DNA of 24,000 bases, from NCBI RefSeq assembly GCF_000820125.1, contig NZ_CDBY01000003.1:1-24000 (forward strand), read 5' to 3'. The position numbers were made by a program, and so were the translations under genes. Below, piece by piece: positions 15,684-24,000 of this stretch. Positions within the stretch are counted from its first letter, which is position 1, and every line of letters starts with the position of its first letter. The DNA is from Aeromonas simiae (GTDB lineage: Bacteria > Pseudomonadota > Gammaproteobacteria > Enterobacterales > Aeromonadaceae). The notes under the pieces were generated by a model. That model was not told the DNA's origin. It searched no databases and saw only the letters and a list, made by a program, of their open reading frames with translations.

Positions 15684-17376
15684 GCAGCGCCCTCCCCAAC
15701 GTCTTGAGATCGTCGCTGACCCCCTCGCTTGGCACCCTGATCTCGATCAGGGTCACCCCGGATTGCAGTGCCGAGCGATAGGCCTGCTCGAACGCCTCCA
15801 ATGTCTGTGGCGCGACATAGTTCAGGCCGAACATGGCCGCCGCATGGGCGAAGTCGAGGCCGTGCGGCAGCCGGTAGTAGCTCTCCCTGAGCCCCTCGGC
15901 GGTCGGCACCGGCAGCATGTTGAAGATGCTGCCGCCGTCGTTGTTGAGCAGCACCAGCACCAGCGGGGCACGCCGCTTGGTGAGCAGCGCCAGGCTGTTG
16001 AGATCGTGCAGGGCGCTGAGATCGCCGATGAGCAGGGTGGTGGGCAGCGCACTGCTCTCGGCAAAGCCGCAGGCGCTGGCGATGAGGCCGTCGATGCCCG
16101 AGGCGCCGCGGTTGGTCATCACCCGGCTGGGGCCATGGCCCGGCGTGCCCAGCATGTCCATCAGTCGCGCCGGCATGCTGTTGCCAACGAACAGTTGCCC
16201 TTCGATCAGGCGGTTGAGGCGATGGCAGACGCCGAGCTCGGAGAAGTGGGCGCAGGCCTGCTCGATCTGCGCGGCGACTCGCGTCAGCATGGGGGCCAGC
16301 GTGGCCCAGCCGGACGGCGCATGGTCGATGGGATGGGCGGCGGCAAAATCCGGCGCCGAGCCAAGCAGGCGGCGACGCACCCGGTAGTCGGGGTCGAGGC
16401 GGGCCGGCTGGGGATCGACCAGCCAGTAATCCTGCCAGGCGTGGTCGCACACGAAGTGGGCGAGGCGCTTGGAGATGAGGCGGGCACCAAATTGCAGCAG
16501 TACCTCGGCGCGCCCTAGCTCGGCGCGAAAGGCCGAGTCGTGCAGGGCAAGATCCGTGTGCAGCAGCGCCCGCGGGTCAAAACGCAGCTGGCTTTGCAGA
16601 TCGGCGATGAGCGGCCAGTCGAGCCGCTCGGCCAGTGTCGCTACGGCATCGGCCTCCTCGGGATCGTCGATACGCCCGGCGATGATGAGGCCACGGCGCG
16701 CCGCGAAACTCGGCCACTGCGGCTGGGGCGTGATGGCTCGGGGCGGCTCTTGCCATGGGCCCCACGGGGCGCCGCTCGTCAACCAGTCTCCGAGGGGGGC
16801 CAGGTAGTCGGCAAAGTCGGGCTGCTCGGCACCTGGGTAGAGGGGCTCGGGATACATGCAGTTGAGGTGCACCACGCCCGGCGTGCGGCGCTGCACGGCG
16901 AGCGCCTGATCCACGCAGCTCAGCACGAAGGGGGCGGCGATGGTGGGGGTCGGGCTCGGCAGATTCTGCTGGTACACCGGGTAGCGGGCGAAGATCCCCT
17001 GCTGATCGATGGCCTGGTTGGCGCCGTTGTCGATGAGCTCGGGCGGCCGGTCAGCCGACAGTATGATGAGCGGTACCCCGGTCAGCTGGGCCTCGGCCAC
17101 GGCGGGCCAGAGGTTGGCCACGGCGGTGCCCGAGGTGGTGATGACGGCGACTGGCCGGCCGCTGCCCTTGGCCAGGCCGAGGGCGAAGAAGCCGAGGCCG
17201 CGCTCATCGAAATGCACGTGGCGGCGCAGGCCGGGGTGAGCGGCGGCGGACATGGTCAGCGGTGCGCTGCGCGAACCGGGGGCCAGTGCCACGTCGCGCA
17301 CCCCCAGACGGTAGAGCTCCTCGAGCAGGAGCGCAGCCCAGAGGTGGTTGAAGGTGGCGTGACGGCTCGCGAACAT
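15676..17376 (-). CDS. menD: SEPHCHC synthase (ThDP-dependent)
   Basis: The N-terminus [29 protein letters not shown] matches MenD. The ThDP motif is present ([12 protein letters not shown]...LNNDGGSIF). Confidence 0.95.
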   Translation of the reverse strand: MFASRHATFNHLWAALLLEELYRLGVRDVALAPGSRSAPLTMSAAAHPGLRRHVHFDERGLGFFALGLAKGSGRPVAVITTSGTAVANLWPAVAEAQLTGVPLIILSADRPPELIDNGANQAIDQQGIFARYPVYQQNLPSPTPTIAAPFVLSCVDQALAVQRRTPGVVHLNCMYPEPLYPGAEQPDFADYLAPLGDWLTSGAPWGPWQEPPRAITPQPQWPSFAARRGLIIAGRIDDPEEADAVATLAERLDWPLIADLQSQLRFDPRALLHTDLALHDSAFRAELGRAEVLLQFGARLISKRLAHFVCDHAWQDYWLVDPQPARLDPDYRVRRRLLGSAPDFAAAHPIDHAPSGWATLAPMLTRVAAQIEQACAHFSELGVCHRLNRLIEGQLFVGNSMPARLMDMLGTPGHGPSRVMTNRGASGIDGLIASACGFAESSALPTTLLIGDLSALHDLNSLALLTKRRAPLVLVLLNNDGGSIFNMLPVPTAEGLRESYYRLPHGLDFAHAAAMFGLNYVAPQTLEAFEQAYRSALQSGVTLIEIRVPSEGVSDDLKTLGRALHG

Positions 17377-17391
17377 GGGATCTCCTTCGGG

Positions 17392-18708
<1,317 letters not shown>

Positions 18709-18890
18709 GGGTCAGAGTTCGGAGGGCGCAGCGCCGGTGTGTGCCAAAAGGCTAACAATTCATATATATTAACGGCCCATTCTTCCATGTAAATCATCTG
18801 GACATCTGATCCCGGGGCGTGGCCAGTATAAGGGGGGAGCCCCCGCCATAACCTCGACAGGATCAATATCCGGCTGCTTGGCTACCGACT

Positions 18891-19796
18891 ATGACTGAAA
18901 AACTCACCGCCTGGGTGCTGGCGGCTCGTCTGCGCACCCTGCCATTGGCCTGTTCCTCGATCCTGCTGGGTACTGGCCTGGCGGCTCGCAACGGCGCCTT
19001 TGACGGAGCCATCATGGGGCTGTCGCTGCTGACCGCGATCCTGCTACAGATCCTCTCCAACCTGGCCAACGACTACGGCGACGCCGTCTCGGGGGCCGAT
19101 AACGAGGCGCGCATCGGGCCGCAGCGGGCCGTGGTTTCCGGCCTCATCAGCCGTGGCGAGATGGTGCGCGCCATGGTGCTGGTGGCCCTGGGGGCCGTGG
19201 CGAGCGGGTTGGGGCTGCTGGTCACCGCGTTTGGCAACAACTGGCTCGATGTGCTGCTGTTTGTCGCCTTTGGTGGCTTCGCCATCATCGCCGCCATCAC
19301 CTATACGGTGGGTAAGACCCCCTATGGCTATCGTGGCTTTGGCGATATTTCGGTGTTCCTGTTCTTCGGGCTGCTTGGGGTGCTGGGCTCTTTCTATCTC
19401 TTCACCCACAGCCTGAGCTGGCCGCTGCTGCTGCCGGCGGCCGCCTGTGGCCTGCTGGCCACCGCCGTGCTCAACATCAACAACGTGCGTGACATCGAAG
19501 GGGACAGGGTGAGCGGCAAGATCACCCTGGCGGTGCGCCTTGGCCGGGAGAAGGCGATCGCCTACCACTGGGTGCTGCTGGGCGCGGCGCTGTTACTGAC
19601 CATCGCCTTTTTGCTGCTGGAGGGAACGGGCCCCTGGCCCTGGATCTTCCTGCCGGCCCTCAAGCCGCTCAGCGGCGCCGCCCGCACCCTCTCCGAGACG
19701 CGCGACGGGGCACGCCTCAACGGGGCCCTCAAGCAGACCGCCATCAGCGCCTTCCTCTACAGCCTGCTGCTGGCCATCGGTCTGGCCCTGAGTTGA
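18891..19796 (+). CDS. menA: 1,4-dihydroxy-2-naphthoate polyprenyltransferase
   Basis: It is a polytopic UbiA-family membrane protein. The N-terminus AARLRTLPLA parallels E. coli MenA, and the aspartate-rich motifs NDYGDAVSGAD and NNVRDIEGD are present. It is divergent from menF. Confidence 0.92.
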   Translation: MTEKLTAWVLAARLRTLPLACSSILLGTGLAARNGAFDGAIMGLSLLTAILLQILSNLANDYGDAVSGADNEARIGPQRAVVSGLISRGEMVRAMVLVALGAVASGLGLLVTAFGNNWLDVLLFVAFGGFAIIAAITYTVGKTPYGYRGFGDISVFLFFGLLGVLGSFYLFTHSLSWPLLLPAAACGLLATAVLNINNVRDIEGDRVSGKITLAVRLGREKAIAYHWVLLGAALLLTIAFLLLEGTGPWPWIFLPALKPLSGAARTLSETRDGARLNGALKQTAISAFLYSLLLAIGLALS

Positions 19797-19831
19797 GGGC
19801 AGACAGGCCGATGCGGCTTTGTTAGTGTGAA

Positions 19832-19854
19832 AAGGGGCGCCAGTGGCGCCCCTT
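19832..19854. terminator. GC-rich hairpin after menA (atypical terminator)
   Basis: A 10-bp perfect stem forms between AAGGGGCGCC and GGCGCCCCTT with loop AGT. No T-run follows on the plus strand, but the A-run upstream gives a U-tract on the minus strand. Confidence 0.4.
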
Positions 19855-19898
19855 CGCTATGACAAGGTGGGGAAAACCCGACCGATGAGAGGGAATTT

Positions 19899-21734
19899 AT
19901 GTCTGCCAGGACCTATTTTGACGAACTGAACCGGGACTACCTTGCGGTGCACCGACGCAAGGAGGATCTCTTCTGGGCCACCTACATGGGCACCAGCGAC
20001 GATCAGGCCGGCTTCACGGCGGCCGAGCAAGCCTACAAGGCGTTTTGTGCCGATCCGGCGCGACTGCCACAACTGCGTGCCGCGCTCGAGCAGGCGGGTG
20101 ACGACCCGCAGCTCGCCGCCGGCCTGCGTGGCTGGATCGCCTTTTTCGAGTGCAATGTGATAGAAGACTCGGCCGCCGCCCGCCTGATGGATGAGCTGGT
20201 GGCGGCCGAGTCGGCCCTGTTTGCGGCGCGGCGCACCCTGACGCTGACCCTGACGGGTGAGAATGGGGAGTCGTTGCCGGGCTCGCTGCCGGCGGCTGCC
20301 ACCTTGCTCGGCACCAGCCCGAGCGAAGCGTCGCGGCGCAGTGCCATCGCCCTTTTCCATACCCTGGAGCAGTGGGTGGTGACGCACGGTTTTCTCGACA
20401 TAGTGCGGCTGCGTAACCGTTTTGCCCGCGCCATGGGGTATCGCGACTACTTCGATTACAAGGTGCACAAGAACGAGCGGATGAGCCCAGAGCAGCTGTT
20501 TGCCGTGCTCGATGCCTTCGTGGCCGCCACCGAGGCGCGCTGCGTGGCCTCTCTCGCCGAGTTGCGGGCTCGTCACGGGGAGGTGGCCTGCGCCCCCCAT
20601 AATCTGCGCTTTTTCTCCGGCGGGGATGCCATTCGCCAGCTCGATGCTTATGTGCCCTTCGAGCGCGCCTTGCGCGACTGGGTGGAGAGCTTCGCTCGCC
20701 TTGGCATCCAGTTTCGGGGCGCCACCCTGACATTGGATCTGCTGGAGCGGGCCGGCAAGTATGAGAACGGCTTCTGCCACGGCCCGGTGCCGAGCCACTG
20801 GCAGGGCGGGGTCTGGGTTCCCGCCATGGTCAACTTCACCAGTCTGGCGCGCCCGGATCAGGTGGGCAGCGGCTGGCGTGGCCTCAACACCCTGTTCCAC
20901 GAGGGGGGCCACGCCGCTCACTTTGCCAACGTGACCGGCAATGCCCCCTGCTTCTCCCAGGAGTTCCCCCCCACCTCCATGGCCTATGCCGAGACCCAGT
21001 CGATGTTCTGCGACAGCTTGCTGGGGGATGCGGACTGGCTCAAACGCTACGCCCGCAACGAGGCAGGGGAGGCCATCCCCGATGCGCTGATCCACACCCT
21101 GATTGAAACCAGTCAGCCGATGCGCGCCTTCAACGAGCGGCAGATTGCCCTGGTGGCCTACTTCGAGCGGGATCTCTACCGGTTGGCGGAAGATGAGCTG
21201 ACTGGTGATCGGGTGATCGCGCTGGCCCGCGAATGGGAGCGGCGTATCCTCGGCGTCGAGAGTCCGCGGCCGCTGTTGGCCATTCCCCACCTGCTCAACC
21301 AGGAGTCGGCCTGTGCCTATCACGGCTACCTGCTGGCCCAGATGGCGGTGGAGCAGACCCGCGCCTTCTTCCTGGCCCGCGATGGTTATCTGACCGACAA
21401 CCCGCGCATCGGGCCGGATCTGGCCGCCCACTACTGGGCGCCGGGCAATGGCAAGAGTCATGATGAGACCTTGCAGAGCCTGACCGGGGAGGGGTTCAAC
21501 GCCCACTATCTGGCTGAGGCGTGCAACCGGACGGTCGAGCAGACCTGGCAGGAGGCACAAGCCTGTATGGCGGCCGCCGCAGCGCGCGCTGCCCCCGGCG
21601 ATGGTGTGCCGCTCGAGGCCATCATCCGGGTGGTGCATGGGGAGGAGCTGATCGCCGATAACTCTGAGTCGCAAGCGCGGATGCTGGACGACTTTGAGCG
21701 CTGGATCCGGGAGCACTATCCCGCCAGTCGGTGA
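19899..21734 (+). CDS. M3-family zinc oligoendopeptidase (PepF-like)
   Basis: 611 aa with no signal peptide. The zinc motif FHEGGHAAHF (HExxH) sits in the C-terminal half with M3-like context. The family call is from memory of PepF-like sequences. Confidence 0.75.
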   Translation: MSARTYFDELNRDYLAVHRRKEDLFWATYMGTSDDQAGFTAAEQAYKAFCADPARLPQLRAALEQAGDDPQLAAGLRGWIAFFECNVIEDSAAARLMDELVAAESALFAARRTLTLTLTGENGESLPGSLPAAATLLGTSPSEASRRSAIALFHTLEQWVVTHGFLDIVRLRNRFARAMGYRDYFDYKVHKNERMSPEQLFAVLDAFVAATEARCVASLAELRARHGEVACAPHNLRFFSGGDAIRQLDAYVPFERALRDWVESFARLGIQFRGATLTLDLLERAGKYENGFCHGPVPSHWQGGVWVPAMVNFTSLARPDQVGSGWRGLNTLFHEGGHAAHFANVTGNAPCFSQEFPPTSMAYAETQSMFCDSLLGDADWLKRYARNEAGEAIPDALIHTLIETSQPMRAFNERQIALVAYFERDLYRLAEDELTGDRVIALAREWERRILGVESPRPLLAIPHLLNQESACAYHGYLLAQMAVEQTRAFFLARDGYLTDNPRIGPDLAAHYWAPGNGKSHDETLQSLTGEGFNAHYLAEACNRTVEQTWQEAQACMAAAAARAAPGDGVPLEAIIRVVHGEELIADNSESQARMLDDFERWIREHYPASR

Positions 21735-21760
21735 GAGTGAGACTCGCTCGAAATCTAATC

Positions 21761-21792
21761 AGACGCCCTCCATCAGGAGGGCGTCTGTTTTT
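21761..21792 (+). terminator. Rho-independent terminator after the peptidase gene
   Basis: An 11-bp perfect stem forms between AGACGCCCTCC and GGAGGGCGTCT with loop ATCA, followed by GTTTTT. Confidence 0.85.
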
Positions 21793-21878
21793 GTATGCAT
21801 TTGTACGGATTAAAGGTGAAAAACGTGTGCTACATCAACGGAATGGGGCGGGATAAACCTCCAGTAACCCTCTAATTG

Positions 21879-21886
21879 GCCGATAA
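21879..21886 (+). promoter_or_regulatory. Possible sigma-28 (FliA) -10 element GCCGATAA upstream of the MCP gene
   Basis: It is an exact 8/8 match to the FliA -10 consensus and lies 42 nt upstream of the MCP ATG. I could not find a convincing TAAA -35 at the expected spacing. Confidence 0.3.
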
Positions 21887-21927
21887 GCACTATGTTGAAC
21901 ATATTCCCTTAGTTTGAGGACAGCGAC

Positions 21928-23898
21928 ATGAGTCTCTCCATAGTGCAAAGGATCATTGCCGGTTTTGTGCTGATGCTCCTTCTGCTGATCCTGCTTGGCA
22001 CCGTCAGTGCGCTCAAGATCCGTGGCATCAATGCGGGTCTGACCGAGGTGACCGAGCGAGCAACCCCGCTGGTGGTGGCGGCGGCCAACCTGAAGGGGAC
22101 CCTGCAGGATGCCAATCGTTGGGTACTGGAGTACCGCAACAGTGAAGAGGGCAGTGCCCTGGACGGGCTGGCGGCTCAGATCAGCCAGCAGCGACAGCGT
22201 TTCGAACAGAGCCGTGAGGCACTGGATCAGGGGGATGAGGCGGCCGCCAAGCTGCAATCGGTCAGCGAGGCGGCCGAGCATTTCTTTGCGTTGAGCGATC
22301 AAGTGATGGCCCAGCATCGCCTCTGGGTGGCGGCGCACCAGCACCTGACTGAGCTCGGCAAGGGCTTCATCCGCCTCGAGGATACCTATCAGTGGGCCGC
22401 CGATCTGCTGTTGCAGCAGGCATCGAGCCAGCGTTCCATGCGCAACAAGGCCGAACTCATCACCTCGGGCATTGCCCGCGATATCAAGAATATCCGTCGC
22501 GCCGACCAGCAGACCGATCTGGCCACGCTGGAGAAGGTGCTCTCGACCGACATCGACATGGCCCGCAAGCGCCTCGAGCGGGTGGCGGTGCCCGATGACG
22601 TCAAGGCCCGCTATCTGGCCAACCTCGGCAAGCTTGAAGAGCTGACCCTGGGCAAGAGCGGCATGCTGGTGACCATGCGCAGCCAGCAGCAGCTGGGGGC
22701 CACCCTCAAGGATCTCAACTTGCAGCTCGACAGCACCCTGGCTAAGGCGCTGGGTCTGCTCGATGAGTTCAGCGCCAGCGCCACCCGCACGGCCTCGGTC
22801 AGCCGTAACAGTGCCGACGGGGCGGTGAGCAGCGCCAGCTTCTGGATTCTCACGGTGGCGGCCGTTTCGGCGCTGGTGGCGCTGGTGATCGGCTACACCA
22901 CGGCGCGCAGCATTCAACGTCCGCTGCAACGGATCAACGGCGAGTTGGCGCTGATGGCTGCCGGGGACATGACCCGCCGCATCAACTACCGCAGCGGCTG
23001 CGAGTTTGGGGCGCTCTCTAAGTCGATCGACACCCTGGCCAGCAAGACAGGTGAGCTGCTGAGCGAGATCAGTTCGGGCTCGCGCCATCTGGTGGATGAG
23101 GCGGCCCGTGCCGCCGAGATCAGCGAGCGCGCCATGGCTCGGGTACAGGAGCAGAAGAGCCAGACCGATCAGGTGGCCGCCGCCATCACCGAGCTGGAGG
23201 TGAGTGCCGGTGAGGTGGCCCGCTCCACCGAGAACACCAAGCGTGAGGTGGATCTTGCCAACGATGAGGCCAAGTCGGGGCGGCGCAAGGTGGCCGATAC
23301 CCGACGCCTCACCGAGGGGCTGGCTACCGCCATGGAGGAGGCCGTCGGCATCACCCACAAGCTGGGTGAGTTCAGCGACAACATCGGCAGCATTCTCGAC
23401 GTGATCCGCAGCATCGCCGAACAGACCAACCTGCTGGCCCTTAACGCCGCGATTGAGGCGGCCCGAGCCGGCGATGCCGGACGTGGTTTTGCCGTGGTGG
23501 CCGACGAGGTACGGGCGCTGGCTAACCGTACCCAGACCAGCACGGAGGAGATCCAGGCGATGATCGAGAACCTGCAGTCCTCGAGCCGCCACGTCGTGGA
23601 GGTGATGGGGCGCAGCCAGGATCAGACTCAGACCTGCGTGACCCAGACCCGTGAGATGGATGACGCGTTGCAGTCTATCGCCCGGCGGATGGAGGTGATC
23701 AAGGAGCTGGCCGATCAGGTCGCCCACGCCGCAGATGAACAGATCTCGGTCAGCCAAGGTGTGGCACAACACATCTCGGGGATTGCCGAGGTGGCCTTCG
23801 AGACCGAGCGTGAGGCGCGCCAGTCGGCGGGCAGCAGTGAGGTGCTGGCCGATCTGGTCTCGCAACAACAGAAACTGATTTCCCACTTCAAGGTCTAG
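21928..23898 (+). CDS. Methyl-accepting chemotaxis protein (two TM helices, ~270-aa helical periplasmic domain, HAMP, MA signalling domain)
   Basis: TM1 is [21 protein letters not shown] and TM2 is [27 protein letters not shown] domain follows ([22 protein letters not shown]). The signalling hairpin is highly conserved ([40 protein letters not shown]). There is no C-terminal NWETF pentapeptide. Confidence 0.93.
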   Translation: MSLSIVQRIIAGFVLMLLLLILLGTVSALKIRGINAGLTEVTERATPLVVAAANLKGTLQDANRWVLEYRNSEEGSALDGLAAQISQQRQRFEQSREALDQGDEAAAKLQSVSEAAEHFFALSDQVMAQHRLWVAAHQHLTELGKGFIRLEDTYQWAADLLLQQASSQRSMRNKAELITSGIARDIKNIRRADQQTDLATLEKVLSTDIDMARKRLERVAVPDDVKARYLANLGKLEELTLGKSGMLVTMRSQQQLGATLKDLNLQLDSTLAKALGLLDEFSASATRTASVSRNSADGAVSSASFWILTVAAVSALVALVIGYTTARSIQRPLQRINGELALMAAGDMTRRINYRSGCEFGALSKSIDTLASKTGELLSEISSGSRHLVDEAARAAEISERAMARVQEQKSQTDQVAAAITELEVSAGEVARSTENTKREVDLANDEAKSGRRKVADTRRLTEGLATAMEEAVGITHKLGEFSDNIGSILDVIRSIAEQTNLLALNAAIEAARAGDAGRGFAVVADEVRALANRTQTSTEEIQAMIENLQSSSRHVVEVMGRSQDQTQTCVTQTREMDDALQSIARRMEVIKELADQVAHAADEQISVSQGVAQHISGIAEVAFETEREARQSAGSSEVLADLVSQQQKLISHFKV

Positions 23899-23906
23899 GA
23901 GGCGCT

Positions 23907-24000
23907 ATGTCAAAGCAATGGTTAGGGGCGCTCGGCCTGCTGTGTTGTTCCCATCTGGTGGCGGGTGAGCTGGTGATAGAGAGCTGGCGTGTCGATGACA
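23907..24000 (+). CDS. Signal-peptide protein truncated by the window end, possibly a periplasmic binding protein
   Basis: The ATG at 23907 is preceded by AGGAGG (23897-23902), which overlaps the MCP stop. The translation is MSKQWLGALGLLCCSHLVAGELVIESWRVDD.... Only 31 codons are visible, so function is a guess. Confidence 0.45.
   Translation, partial: MSKQWLGALGLLCCSHLVAGELVIESWRVDD

Noticed and set aside
19857-21716. 619-aa ORF antisense to the M3 peptidase gene
   Set aside because: This is the same high-GC antisense artefact. The plus-strand frame carries the HExxH motif and sensible composition.
21835-23886. 683-aa ORF antisense to the MCP gene
   Set aside because: The plus-strand frame has unmistakable TM/HAMP/MA-domain signatures. 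The antisense translation is low-complexity.

Overview
This is a high-GC gammaproteobacterial chromosome segment. The ahyI/ahyR-type LuxI/LuxR pair looks Aeromonas-like, judged from my memory of those protein families because no search was possible. From left to right it holds: an HxlR-family regulator; a secreted NTF2-like protein; the divergent AHL quorum-sensing pair ahyI/ahyR; a VpsT/CsgD-family (c-di-GMP-type) LuxR-HTH regulator behind a long AT-rich leader; uvrA with a clear SOS box; a CHASE4-GGDEF diguanylate cyclase; ompW; a 4HBT-type thioesterase overlapping the start of an uncharacterised secreted protein; sanA; a complete translationally coupled menFDHBCE operon on the minus strand with menA divergent from it; an M3-family (HExxH) oligoendopeptidase; a methyl-accepting chemotaxis protein; and the first 31 codons of a signal-peptide protein cut by the window end. 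I found no tRNA or rRNA genes, CRISPR arrays, IS elements, integrases, phage genes or recognisable defence genes. The window reads as ordinary core genome, and I see no convincing evidence for a novel multi-gene system. The points most worth follow-up are regulatory. A quorum-sensing module sits beside c-di-GMP signalling genes. The VpsT-like protein carries W-L-P-R where the family c-di-GMP motif is W[F/L/M][T/S]R. A 22-bp lux-box-sized palindrome lies between ahyR and that gene. The ahyI/ahyR control region is only 62 bp. ompW has an FNR-like box upstream. The men locus is consolidated, with a candidate DHNA-CoA thioesterase nearby. The many long antisense ORFs in the track are high-GC artefacts.
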